Assembly (NCBI GenBank): GCA_002269645.1
Contig: NIVC01004010.1
Location: forward strand, 44,756 to 108,755
Reading direction: 5' to 3'
Source of the DNA: Macrostomum lignano
Taxonomy: Eukaryota
DNA length: 64,000 bases
Numbering within the stretch: the first letter of the stretch is position 1; each line of letters starts with the position of its first letter. This document shows, one piece after another, positions 35,216-53,300 of the stretch. The position numbers were made by a program, and so were the translations under genes. The notes under the pieces were generated by a model. It did no database searches, was not told where the DNA came from, and saw only the letters and a list, made by a program, of their open reading frames with translations.

Positions 35216-36954
35216 ATAGCTATATCTTTATAAATGAAGAAAAACTAATTTGGAAAAATTGATGATTTTTTCTTCTGGCTATTCTATTTCCAACAATCCA
35301 ACTGCATGATATGCTGTATTTTAACTCAAACTTTCATTACTTGTGCGTAGCAGTGATGGTGGCAAGCAGGTGGTTCAAGTGGTTGTCTGGGTCTACATCT
35401 GGATTTGTAGAAATATTGATTAAAACATTTCAATTATAATTTATTACATTTTATGGTATCATTTTTATTGATTTTGGTAAAGCAGAAGAAACTTGGTTTT
35501 TTTAATTCTTATTCATTCTATTCTTATTCTTATTCTTATTCTTATTACTCAGCAAAATGGGGGTGATATATCCCCATACCCCCTTAGGTACGCTACTGCT
35601 TATATCAAACCCCCTTAGCTTTGGTTCACAATCATTTATAGGCCATATATTTATCCCATTTAAATGATTATAAATGAAATAGATATATAAGATCTTCTTT
35701 AACAAAAATTTCTAGAAAATGAAATGATAAGAGTAAAACCCCCTATGGCTTCAATTTACAATAATTCATGATCACATATACAACAAAGGTACTTGCAATT
35801 ATTTAGCCTGCATCAACATATATCCCAGCATATATGACAGTGGAAAATTTTCAGCTTATATCAAAATTGTCTTTTCTTAGTGCACATAGCTAAAGCAAAA
35901 GTGCATAATTTGTTGTAAGTTTGTTGCTCTACATAAATAATGAATTCAATAATGAAAAAGCATAAAACTTTGGTGTGTAAAATTGAAAACATTTTTAGTC
36001 CTGGTGTATAAATGTGGTCCCTATAATTTTTCTCCCATTGGATATGGTGTATACTAATGCATGTTCCAAACTATGGGTCATGTTTTTGGAGAAAAAATAA
36101 GTCCCATGGCCAGTGTAAATCAGGGGGTTGCACATGCATATTGCATGACATATAATGTTCTAGATCATGATTGAAATGATTGATAGTAATATACAAGCCT
36201 GCATAAAACATAAGCTAAAACACAAAAATATTGCTTGTATAAAAGACAACAATAAATGGGCTATTAAATAGAAGCATCAAGTTTTTTAGCTTTGCATAAG
36301 AAATTTTTGTTTACTCCTATCTTGTGGCCCTGTGTAGGCTTATTCAGAGGCTAACTTGTTATCTAGCAGTTTGTTAAGCATGTTCAAAATGCATGCTTGA
36401 ATTGTTTTGCCACATAGATGCCTAATGAGAAAATACTACAAAGATAATTTGGGTACTAAATGAATAAGCAAGTCAATGAATTTTAATTTCATATTTAATA
36501 TTGTCTATTATAGATTTTGATCAAAGGCCTTGAATGCCAAAATCAATAGCTACCAGAATAACACCTGCCAGCCTAGCTAAATTAAGGTTAATAAATTATA
36601 AAAATCAAATTGAACTTCCTTAATTTTGCATATTTGTAAGAATAAAAGTGACAAAACAGGCAATTTATCTTGAAAGAGCTCATTAAATTTTTATTTGAAA
36701 TTGCTTCTAATAGAAATTTATTGTTACATTTATGTTGCATTTTTATAATTGGACAAGATACAATTATTTTGAGTCATTCCTAAACTTACATGGACTATTG
36801 TTTAGCACTTGGAAATGAAGCTTATGTGGAAATCGTCAACTTGCTTCTCCTTATGCTCCTGCAAAAAGTCATTAATCAACTGCTGAGAGTAAAGCCGCAG
36901 CAGCTGCACAATAAGTGCATTTGGAACCAGTATCAGTTATTCAGAATTGCAAGC

Positions 36955-37305
36955 ATGTCCGTTAGTAGTGCAACTACTACTAACAGCCACTCAGTAGTAT
37001 ATGTGACTGTGCCGAATCAGCAGGTTGGTGAAAAATTGGCCCGCGGTTTGGTTGGGGAGCGGCTGGCGGCCTGCGTGAACATTGTGCCCGGGGTCACCTC
37101 AGTCTACGCCTGGGAGGGCAAGGTTGAGCAGGACAGCGAACTGCTGCTCATCATCAAGACTCGCACTGGCCTGCTCTCCAGCCTCACTGACTATGTGAAA
37201 GCCAATCACGACTACGATGTACCGGAGGTGATTTCTCTGCCTATTCAGGATGGCCTGCCAGCCTATCTGAACTGGGTTGACAGCTCCACGAAGGAGCCGG
37301 CTTAA
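36955..37305 (+). CDS. CUTA: CutA divalent cation tolerance protein homolog
   Basis: VVYVTVPN, LARGLVGERLAACVNIVPGVTSVYAWEGKV, ELLLIIKT, HDYDVPEVISLPI, YLNWV. Confidence 0.95.
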   Translation: MSVSSATTTNSHSVVYVTVPNQQVGEKLARGLVGERLAACVNIVPGVTSVYAWEGKVEQDSELLLIIKTRTGLLSSLTDYVKANHDYDVPEVISLPIQDGLPAYLNWVDSSTKEPA

Positions 37306-37525
37306 GACTGTTTGAAAATGCTTACTTATACTTAGCCTTGGCTTTGATATGATCGAAATATACTACTTAGTTTTTGTGCTTTATCTCTATTCAAGTGTCT
37401 TGTGTTATTTATAAACAGGTAGTTTTGAGATTTGTCGATTCTGGCTCATGTACACTGATGTGCTCGCATGTCTGTCTCTTGTGAGTTATCAAAACAGTTG
37501 CTGCACTGTCTTTAGGGTCACAGCG

Positions 37526-38103
37526 TGTGTCAGTGACACACCAGCTTTCATTTTGTGTCACAGTGTGTCAGTGACACATCAGCTTTCATTTTGTGTCACA
37601 GTGTGTCAGTGACACACCAGCTTTCATTTTGTGTTACAGCGTGTGTCAGTGACACACCAGCTTTCATTTTGTGTTACAGCGTGTGTCATGACACACTAGC
37701 TTTCATTTTGTATTACAGCGTGTGTCAGTGACACATCAGCTTTCATTTTGTGTTACAGTGTGTGTCAGTGACACACCAGCTTTCATTTTGTGTTACAGCG
37801 TGTGTCAGTGACACACCAGCTTTCATTTTGTGTTACAGCGTGTGTCAGTGACACACCAGCTTTCATTTTGTGTTACAGCGTGTGTCAGTGACACACCAGC
37901 TTTCATTTTGTGTTACAGCGTGTGTCAGTGACACACCAGCTTTCATTTTGTGTTACAGCGTGTGTCAGTGACACACCAGCTTTCATTTTGTGTTACAGCG
38001 TGTGTCAGTGACACACCAGCTTTCATTTTGTGTTACAGCGTGTGTCAGTGACACACCAGCTTTCATTTTGTGTTACAGCGTGTGTCAGTGACACACCAGC
38101 TTT
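37526..38103. repeat. 40-bp minisatellite between CutA and TTLL1
   Basis: Unit gtgtgtcagtgacacaccagctttcattttgtgttacagc, ~14 copies, with an imperfect internal palindrome. Confidence 0.95.
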
Positions 38104-38209
38104 GCTTTAGGTCAAAGTGACCATTGCTTGGCTTTCATGAATAGCGTGCATCGCACATTCCATAAGACGAGTTAACAATCGAATCATTAACATTCGCTAC
38201 TAAAAGTAG

Positions 38210-42721
<4,512 letters not shown>

Positions 42722-42774
42722 AAATGCAAACTGTGATACTCAAACTACTGTAATGTCTCACTTCTCTTATCCCC

Positions 42775-43065
42775 TTACTGTAGCTCTTCTCCCTCCCCAT
42801 CTCCCATCTATTCTCACTACCCATCTCCCATCTATTCTCCCTCTCCATCTCCTATCTATTCTCCCTACCCATCTCCCATCTATTTTCCCTCCCCATCTCC
42901 TATCTATTCTTCCTCTGAATCTCCCATCTATTCTCCTCATCTCCCATCTATTCTCATCTCCCATCTATTCTCCTCATCTCCCATCTATTCTCCCTCTCCA
43001 TCTCGTATCTATTCTTCCTCCCTATTTATCTATTCCTTTCTCCGTAACTCCTATCTATTCTGTCT
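42775..43065. repeat. Pyrimidine-rich degenerate repeat (ctcccatctatt) downstream of the TTLL1 stop
   Basis: Direct reading. Confidence 0.85.
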
Positions 43066-43974
43066 TCCTTTCTTCCTTCTATTCTCTCTGTCGTCTCCAT
43101 CTTTCATCCCCACTTTTCCAGTCCTGTTTCCCTTCCCAATAACAAAATTCCAAGAGCTATTTGTTTACTTATAAACTAATTTCCGTGCCTATATTTCTAT
43201 ACATATCGCCAAATTCTGTTCCAACAGACTGCTTGAAAATTACTGCTTTCTGAGTTTGAGCTGCTTGATGCACTGATTCCGTCCTGACTCTGCATGCTGT
43301 GTTTTTCTAGTCACTTTTATTCCCCACGGATTTAAGAATCAATGACAGTTATACAATTATTACGATTTCAGAGTAAAACGGGTCACTTAGTTTCCTAGAG
43401 AAGGTTTGAGTTTTTACTTTGCAAAACAAAGCCGTACGCCCATATTCGTGTATTTGTAATTTTTTTACCTTGTTAAGTTTTCTTGGCTGCTATTGCGTTA
43501 ATGTGATCCATTTTTATAAAAAAATATATCGTGAAACAATATCTTTATCACTAATTAAAAGTTGATTCTTATCTCATTGGTTATTTTTATTGCAGTCAAT
43601 TATACGTAGTGTAATAAAAATATTATAGCATATCTTCTAATAAACTTTTAAACATTTTTTCCAGAGCAAGCGTTGTAAATTAATTTCACGCTTATCAGCT
43701 TACTGACTGACCTGCGATCTCCGAAACGGACGCGCCCGCGCTTTTGGAATTGTTAATTTAAACTGAAAATGTCATCGGGTATTGATAAGGCGCTTCGCCA
43801 GGTTATTAATGTGAGTGTGCGCTGACTGCCTTTTATGTAGGCTTTACAACTGCTTGTGTAATTATTGGCCTGAGTCATTGGCAGCTTGAACCATAGACTA
43901 TTTATTGAGGGTCTGAGATGCTTACAGCAGCCATAGACTAACAAAATTATGGCTTGAGTTCATGGCAGCTAATG

Positions 43975-44290
43975 CCATAGACTAACCAACTGATAGCAAC
44001 AGTCCCTGGTAGTTTAAGCCATAAACCAACCAACTGATAGCCAGAGTTCCTGGTATTTTCAGCCATAGACTAACCAACTGATAGCCAGAGTTCCTGGTAT
44101 TTTCAGCCATAGACTAACCAACTGATAGCCAGAGTTCCTGGTATTTTCAGCCATAGACTAACCAACTGATAGCAACAGTCCCCGGTGGTTTAAGCCATAA
44201 ACCAACCAACTGATAGCAAGAGTTCCTTTTAAGCTATAGACTACCCAACTGATAGCGAGAGTCCCTGGTAGTTTGAGCCATAGACTAATC
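43975..44290. repeat. ~44-bp minisatellite
   Basis: Unit ccatagactaaccaactgatagccagagttcctggtattttcag and variants. Confidence 0.88.
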
Positions 44291-44357
44291 CGATCAAGCA
44301 CCGGAGACGCTGGCATTTCAAAAAACAACACTGCCAAATACCATTCTTTAACCGCAG

Positions 44358-47300
44358 GATGTGTACACCGCCTGCAAGCAGAAGGAGCAGCAGGCTGCTG
44401 ACGCCAGCGCTGACAACAGCCCTGTTGGCATGGACTCTGCAGCTGTGCAGGAGAAACTGCAGTTCCTTGAGTGCTACTTGAATAGCGATGTAAGTTTTAT
44501 TTTGTATATGAAATATGTAGCCTTAGCCTCTAAAAGTCTCCCCGAATAAGTCAAATTCATCAGCATGTGCAATTCCTAAACCATTGACATTGCAGACCAA
44601 TAGTTTGTCCAATCGTTGCAAGGCCGGCTCCGCATTCATCGCTTTGAAAAAGCACTATCTGGGATGTAATCTGTCCAAAGCTTTGGAGTACTTTGCCTGT
44701 AAGACACTTGTTTAATTTGTTAAGCTAAGCCGAACAATTCAGGGCCACTGTACACCCTGTGTGAGCGTGTGTATGAGTGCGTGCCGTGAGTACAGTATTG
44801 GCGCGCTTGTGTGCGCTCAGGAGTCTGCGGAATGGGCAGAGATAGCCTCGGCGCTGATTGTGGGCACCATGGTGTCTGCAGCCCTCATGCAATTTTTATT
44901 TGTGAGTTAGCTAGTTAGTCAGTCAGTCAGTCATTTAGTCAGTCAGTCAATCAGTCAGCCAGTCAGTCAGTCAGTCAGTTAGTTAGTCAGTGAAAGCTTC
45001 TCCTCCGCCCCATTCCAGGCTCCGCGCTGCCGGTGCAGATCTGCCTCATCCAGGGCCTGGTCACCGCGCACGAGCCCAGCCTCACGGAGGAGAGCGCCGA
45101 CATCTTGCTGGAGACGCTGTACTCCGGGCTGAAGCAGCAGGACCTGGTGTTCCACTGCCTCACCTGCCTGCTGAGTCTGCTCAGCCTTGGCGAGTCCGCC
45201 GCAACTCCGCCGGCTCCAGCGGAGGCAGCGGGCGGCTCGCAGCAGCAGCAGCGCAACTTCTTCACCGCCCCGGCCGTGCTGCAGTCGATCCTGCGCCGCC
45301 TGCTGGGCTTCTGGGACTCCCCGCTGTACTTTGTGCCCAACCTGACCGTGAAGATCTTCCACTGCATCGTGGCTAACTGGTCCACAGACTCCGGCTCGCC
45401 CAATCCCGCCCTGGCTGCCTTCATTGACGAGCTCTGGACAATGCCCATGCTGTGCCGCGGCGCCCTGCGCTTCTGGTCTGCGCTGGTGCCGCTGCTAGAC
45501 GAGATCCGCATCATCGGCCTCTGCAGCCGCCTGGTTGACGCTCTGGACGTCAACTACACCGCCAGCGCCGCTGCCAGTCTTTTTGGCGTCATCGCCGGGG
45601 CGCTGACCCAGCGCGGCAAGACGGACCTGCTAGCCCAGATCTTCCCGGACATGTGCCACCGGATGCGCCACATGTCGCAGCTGTCGCAGCGCAACTTCTG
45701 CTCCCTGATCCTGCCCGTGTACATCGCCGCCGACACGAGTTTCAATTTCAGCGCCCGGGAACTACCGGACGGCAACAATCCGCACGGGAACTTCTTCGAC
45801 ATTCAGTGCTGGTGCAGCGTGGCCAAGCACTGCAAGCTGCGCGGCTGCCTGCCTAGAATGCGCATGGCTGATCTGAGAATGGCCCTCATCCACTGCGATG
45901 AGCAGACCAGGGCGGCTGCACTGGAGGTGCTCTGTCTGAGCAACAAGCCGGTTAGTTGCCTGCCCCTGACTGTGTTTGAAATTGCCGATATGTTGTGTAA
46001 TTAACTTTATAAAGACTGTGTCCCCTTGCCGCACCCAGACGTGCCACATCACGCCGCAGTCGCTGAAGATGATCCTGGAGTTCTTCTGCCTCAACATGAA
46101 CTCCGACCAGCCGCCGTTCCGCCAGCGCCTCCTGGCCTGCTTCCGGTCCGTCTGCCAGCAGGTGAAGGACGGCTGCATCCAGGCACTGCCGGAGCTGAGC
46201 ACCCGCCTGGCCGCTGAGCCGCCGGCTGAACTGGCGGCGGCTGAAGGGGCAGAGGAGTACGACGATGGCGGCGGCGCCTCCCGGCTGGTGCACTGCCTGC
46301 TGCCCGACATCTCCGTGGCGACGCGGATTGCCCAGTTCGACGCCATCGTCTCCTCCGCCGCCGTGATTGGCGCCAACTCCGGCGACAAGACCGACAGCGC
46401 CGAGGAGTTCCTGGTGTTCGAGGACGACCCGTCGAAGACTTCGCCGGATGCTTTGCTTAGCAACGTGAAACTGTTGGCGCAGTTCGTTCATCAGCTGTTG
46501 GATAGCGACGTGTGGTTTCCTGGGGCCTGCTACCAGCGCCAGCGCACCTGCATTGAGTACCTGCAGATCGCCTGCACGCACTATTTTGGCAGCTCGTCAG
46601 GAATGAAGAAACGCGGCTATCCTAGCGAAGTGCTGGACAAGGTGACTCTTATTGACGATCTGGGCCATCTTAGGATCCCACCCATTTCTTATAATCCCAC
46701 TCTGGAAATTCAAAGATCCCACCAATTTTCAATAATCCCACTCTGGAAATCCTAAGATCCCGTATATTCCCAATAATCCCCCTCTGAAAATCCCAAGATC
46801 GTGTCTATTCTCAATAATCCCACTCTGGAAATCTCAAGATCCCGTATATTCTCAATAATTTCACTCTGGTAATCCTAAGATCCCGTATATTCTCAATAAT
46901 CCCCCTCTGAAAATCCCAAGATCGTGTCTATTCTCAATAATCCCACTCTGGAAATCTCAAGATCCCGTATATTCTCAATAATCCCACTCTGGAAATCCCA
47001 AGACCCCACACTCGTCCCCAATAATCCCACTCTGAAAATCCCAATATCCCGTCTATTCCCAATAATCCCACTCTAGAAATTCTAATATCCCATTTTCCCA
47101 TCACTAAGAGCGCCATGCATCCCACGCTTCCCCACTCCCACCGCAGGTGACCGAATTCCTTCGCGAGGCGTTCCGCCGCTTCGGCGCTCCCATGGACGGT
47201 CCGGAAGCCGCTGAACGCGTTGTTGGCCGCCTGCTCCGCTCGGCGCTGCACTGCTCACGGGACATCCAGGACAGCATGCTGGGCCTGCTGACTGAGCACT

Positions 47301-50300
47301 ACCCCATGGCCCGCCTGCCGCAGACCGGCCCGGCCAGTCTGGACCGCCTGCTGCCGCTGCTGCTCCGCCGGTGCCATTCGCCGGACGCCGAGCAGTTCCA
47401 CGGAGCCGGCCGGGTGCTCGCCTACCTGCTGGCCAATTCCGCCGTGGATGTCGGCGGCGCCGAGCCGCTGCGCTACTGCCTGGACGCGGTGGCGGCCGCC
47501 CTGGCCAAAGCCAAGGCCGAGCCTGCCGCAGCGGCCTCCGAGTGCACCGGCCACGGCTACCTGCTGGCGGCCGGCCTGTACCTCAGCCGGGGTGGCGGCG
47601 AGGTCAACCGAGGACCGGCTGTGCAACGGCAGCTGTTCAACGAGGCCACCGCGCTGTGCTTCGACTTGATCACCTCGCTGATGTCCGTCATGGGCTTCCG
47701 AGGCGGCGGCGAAGGCGGAGGCGAAGTCGCGGACTGGTCAGCCGATGCGGCGCCGTCGTTCGAGGAGCTCGGGCGGGCGATTGAGAAGGCGGCCGGGGTA
47801 AGTGGTGCTTAACCATGCCATTCGTTAGGTTCTCAAAATCCCAGTAACCCATAATCCTCGATACTGAAATCCCAATAACCCATAATCCTCGATTCTGAAA
47901 TCCCAATAACCCATAATCCTCGATACTGAAATCCCAATAACCCATAATCCTTGATTCTGAAATCCCAATAACCCATAATCCTCGATTCTGAAATCCCAAT
48001 AACCCATAATCCTTGATTCTGAATTCCTAATAACCCATAATCCTTGATTCTGAATTCCTAATAACCCATAATCCTCGATACTGAAATCCCAATAACCCAT
48101 AATCCTCGATTCTGAAATCCCAATAACCCATAATCCTCGATACTGAAATCCCAATAACCCATAATCCTCGATACTGAAATCCCAATAACCCATAATCCTC
48201 GATACTGAAATCCCAATTACCCATAATCCTCGATTCTGAAATCCCAATAACCCATAATCCTCGATTCCATAATTCACGATTGTGAAATCTTATAAATTTA
48301 GATAAAAATCCAACGAACTCAAGCCCTGTTATCTCAGGCGCCCCCACGCAATCACCCGCGCCAACCGCCATCAGGTGGACGCCGACCTGGACGAGGACCT
48401 GCTGTCCGGCGCCCGGCTGTCGCCCCACTACCAGCGCATCCTGGCCTGGGCCTGGCGCAACCTGGCCATGGCTGCCGACCTGCTGGTCCAGCTGTGCGCC
48501 GCCCACCTGCGCGTCGCCGATGCCGACATCGATTTGGACGGCGTGCGCCGCGTCGGCCGCCGGCTGGCCGCCGTGGTGACGGGCAGTCGGCACCGAGGCA
48601 CCATCGAGGCGGTGGCCAACTCGCTGCGCGAATTCTGCCAGCTGATCCGGTGGCGACAGGAGCTGGCCGACCTGCCAGGCGAGCTGGTCAACGCGCCGCT
48701 GGTTGCTATGGAAACGGCAAGCTATTCGGTAACCAGGCGAAGCGCCGGCCTGCCGCTGCTACTGACCTCCGTGCTGTCGGCAGTGTGCGCCGGCCAGTGG
48801 TCGGAGCCGCTGCTGGACCGGACGGTGGCCCGGCTGCTGCGCTGCGTTGAGTCGACCACGGCCGATAAGGCGACTGCGGAGGACGAGGCCGAAGGAGGCA
48901 GCGATAAGGTGGGCCTCTCAAAAGTTCTGCCCACGCAGCTTTGTTTAAATTGGCTCCAAGCATTACTCACAGTCGCATCCCCCGTAAACGCCCCTTGATC
49001 CTGTTTATTCCCTAAATCCCCGGAAGAATCGCCCCAATCCATCAGAGAATCGCCCAATCCATCAGAAAAATCCCCCAATCCATCAGAGAATCCCCAATCC
49101 ATCAGAAAAATCGCCCCAATCCATCAGAGAATCCCCCAACCCATCAGAGAATCGCCCCAATCCATCTGAAAATCCCCCAATCCATCTGAAAATCCCCCAG
49201 TCCATCAGAGAATCGCCCCAATCCATCAGAGAATCGCCCCAATCCATCAGAGAATCCCCCAACCCATCAGAGAATCCCCCAATCCATCTGAAAATCCCCC
49301 AATCCATCTGAAAATCCCCCAGTCCATCAGAGAATCGCCCAATCTTTTAGAGAATCACCCAAATCTATCAAAAAATCGCCCCAATCCATTAGAAGAATCG
49401 CTCCAAAAGCCTTTGCCAGAGCCATTGCAAAGCACTCGAGAGTGGAAGGTCTGCATTGCTGTTTCTTCAGCTGTCTCCATTCCCTCACTCGCCATCTCCC
49501 AGGTGGACAGCCCGAAGGTGCACGCCCTGAACCTGCTGCGTGCAGTGGTTCGCGAAGCGGCCCTGTACAATGCCACCACGAGGCACCACGAGGCCATCAC
49601 CCGGGCCACCCTGACCAACTTCTCCGACCGCTCCTGGGCGGTGCGCAACGCCTGCGTCCAGCTGCTTGGCGCGCTGTCCCAGCGGATGCTGGGCGTCGGC
49701 CGGCCGCACATCACGCCGACTGAGTTCTTCTCGGCCTATCCTCGGTTGCAGCGCTGCTTCCTGGAGGTGCTGGTGCGCGGCGCCAATCCCAGCAGCGCCA
49801 AGTTCATTGCCCACCAGGCCACGGTGCCTGTGCTGTCCTTCCTGTCGCAGCTATCGCCGGATCCTCCGACCGCCCTGCTGGACAATGTCGAGCCGTTCCG
49901 ACAGCCCCTGGTGACGCTGCTGTCCAGTCCGGTGTACGCCATCCGCCTCATGGCCGCCAAGTCCCTGGTATCGTTCGCTCCGCCCAAAGTGCGGCTGGAC
50001 CTGCTCAGCGCCCATGTGCGACTTCTGGGGTGTTACTTGAAGTAGTGGGTTTGGGATTATAGAAATTCAAAGAGTACAGTAAAATACAACTTTAGTGTGA
50101 TAAGAAATACTTTGAGTGTGATCTACCTTTAGTACAGATACTTTAATATCTGATAAGCTTTTAGATGATTGGCTAATATTGAAGATACATGGCTGAGATT
50201 GGAGATACTTGACTGAGAGTAGAGATACTTGGCTAAGATCAGAGATACTTGGCTGAGATTGGAGATACTTGACTGAGAGTAGAGATACTTGGCTAAGATC

Positions 50301-53300
50301 AGAGATACTTGGCTGAGATTGGAGATACTTGACTGAGAGTAGAGATACTTGGCTGAGATTGGAGATACTTGGCTGAGATCGGAGATACTTGGCTAAGATC
50401 AGAGATGCTTAGCTGAGATTAGATTTCGTATAGTACGGTTGAGACTGGAGATACTTGGCTGAGATTTGAGATGCTTATGGTTGAGATTAGAGATATCTTG
50501 CCGAGATCGGAGATACTTGGCTGAAATTAGAGATAATAAAGGTAGAGATTAGTCTACTGCCACTAGGCACTGAGTACACGGAGGCAGCCCCGCCCCCAAC
50601 TCCCCGCAGGTGCACAATCTCTCCAGCCTGCACCGCAGCGCCAACTCGCTGCACGGTCACATCCTGCTATGTCAGCGACTGGCCCTCGGCCTCTCCGGTC
50701 ACCAGGACCTGTCGGTCATCCTGTCCGTCATTGTCGACCTCCTGCTTGTGCTCATCACCTTTAAGAGCTGGTTCCTAGCTCGCGAGAGTCTCCGACTGCT
50801 CCGCCTCCTGATGAAGCGCCACGACCCCGGCGTCAGCCTCAACCTGCCAAACAGCCTGGCGCCGACTGGGAAAGCGGCTCCGCCCGACATCTTCTTCGAC
50901 ATGTTCGACCAGGAGCTCACCGAGCTGTCCATGGAGCACCCCAACATCTTCGAGAATGTCCGCTGGGACCCCGGCTACCTGTTCAAGTCGCTGGCCGCCA
51001 GCTCCGAGGAGACCACTCAGCACTTCCTCACCCAGCAGGACCAGCTGAAGGAGCAGCGGATGAAGCTGGCTCTGTCTGGCCGGCGCGGGGTCACCGAGGA
51101 CATGCCGAAGGCCGTCTGCTCGCCGCAGGACCTCATCGACTATGCGATTGGGCAGCCGCCTGAGCAGTGTCTCACCAGCAACCTGGCCGTCAGGGTGCTG
51201 GCTATGCTGGTCACCTATAATCAGGGATTCTTCGCTACCGGGTATCTCAAGGCAAGCATCCGGAAATAAAAAATTCAGATTTATTCTAGTTCAAGTCACA
51301 GTCTGCTGTCTGAGACTCACCATCTCAAAGCCGAGAATCCCAATCCTCAAGTGGAGAATCCCAATCGTGAGTAGAGAATCCTGGGAGCACCCAGCTGGCA
51401 CAGATCACACCCAGCTGGCACAGATCACACCCAGCTAGCACAGATCACATCCAGCTGGCACAGATCACACCCAGCTGGCACAGATCATACCCAGCTGGCA
51501 CAGATCACACCCAGCTGGCACAGATCACACCCAGCTGGCACAGATCACACCCAGCTGACACAGATCACACTCAGCTGGCACAGATCACACCCAGCTGACA
51601 CAGATCACACCCAGCTGACACAGATCACACACAGCTGGCACAGATCACACCCAGCTGGCACAGATCACACCCAGCTGGCACAGATCACATCCAGCTGGCA
51701 CAGATCACACCCAGCTGGCACAGATCACATCCAGCTGGCACAGATCACACCCAGCTGGCAAAGATTACACACAGCTGGCATAGATCACACCCAGCTGGTA
51801 CAGATCACACCCAGCTGGCACAGATCACACCCAGCTGGCACAGATCACACCCAGCTGGCACAGATCACATCCAGCTGGCACAGATCACACCCAGCTGGCA
51901 CAGATCACATCCAGCTGGCAAAGATCACACCCAGCTGGCACAGATCACACTCAGCCGGCATTCTGTATCTCCGCTTCAGTGTCTGCCTGGCGCAGCTCAC
52001 CAGCTGACCTTGCAGTGACCTCTAGCGGTCGAAAGAATGCTAAACTAGCTGGGGCTTCGCTGCCCTGCTAAGCACAAATCGTTGGTCAATTGGCTGTGTT
52101 TGGTTCCAATTGGCCTGGTGTTGCTTTGTACATTGCTCTCTGTTTCATTAACAAAACGTATGGCAATATGGTGTCCATTTCTTTTTCATTGTGTCAAATT
52201 TCCCGAAGTTTCGTCGGGTTGGAGATAAACTAACGTTATAGATAAAGATACAGTTCTTGACCTGCATAGGGATTTTTGACTTGGGATTTTAGCTTCGCCA
52301 TTAAATTATTGACTTTGAGGTGGGGTTCTTCATTCTGAGATGAGATTCTTGACTTTAAGATGAGATTCTCGACTCTGAGATGACAATCTTGACTCTGAGA
52401 TAAGATTTTCACTCAGAGATGAGATTCTTAACTCCGAGATGAGATTCGTAACGCTGAGATGAGATTCTTAACTCTGAGATGGGATTCTTGACTCTGAGAT
52501 GAGATTCTTGACTCTAGGATGAGATTTTTCACTCTAAGATGAGATTCTCGACTCTGAGATAAGATTCTTGACTGTGAGATGAGATTCTTGACTCTGAGAT
52601 GAGATTCTTGACTGTGAAATGAGATTCTTGACTCTGGGATAAGATTCTTAACTCTGAGATGAGATTCATGACTCTGAGATAAGATTCTTTACTGTGAGAT
52701 GAGATTATTGACTTTGAGATGAGATTCTTGACTATGAGATAAGATTCTTAACACTGAGATGAGATTCATGACTCTGAGATGAGATTCATGACTCTGAGAT
52801 GAGATTCATGGCTCTGAGATGGGATTCTTGGCTTTTAGAAAGTATTCATAAATCTGTATTTATCGGGATTCCCTGTTTGTGGATATGAATGCCTCAACCT
52901 TACCAGCTGGCATCTTGTCTTCAACAACAGGAGTACCTGGCCTTCATCAGCGACCAGCTTCGTCAGCTGCCGTCCGACTGCCCGAGCGAGCGGTTCTCGT
53001 CGCTGATCCTGCTGCAGAGCCACCTGGTGAACACGCTGTTCGACAAGGCCGCTTGCCAGGACCTCCTGGCCTACCTGAACCGCTTCTCCGACTACTCGAT
53101 CAGCGAGGACCTCCGCCTGTCGGCCGCCAACGCGCTGCTGATTCTGGTGAGCGGCCGGCTGTGGGCGCAGAGCCGGGCCCAGACTGAGGACGAGCGAGTC
53201 CGCGAGATCCTGTTCCGCATGCTGTTTGACGAGTCCACGGCTGTGCGGGTGCTGGCCTGCTCCATCGTGTACCGCTGCGGCTGGCTGCCCGCCCTGTCCC

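Noticed and set aside
36790-36954. 55-aa N-terminal extension of CutA
   Set aside because: AT-rich and unlike the GC-rich coding style; an acceptor sits 10 nt before ATG 36955, so the extension is probably not translated (not excluded)
37526-38103. Regular palindromic repeats resembling a CRISPR array
   Set aside because: Units are contiguous with no unique spacers, there are no cas genes, and the context is eukaryotic; the same holds for all other arrays
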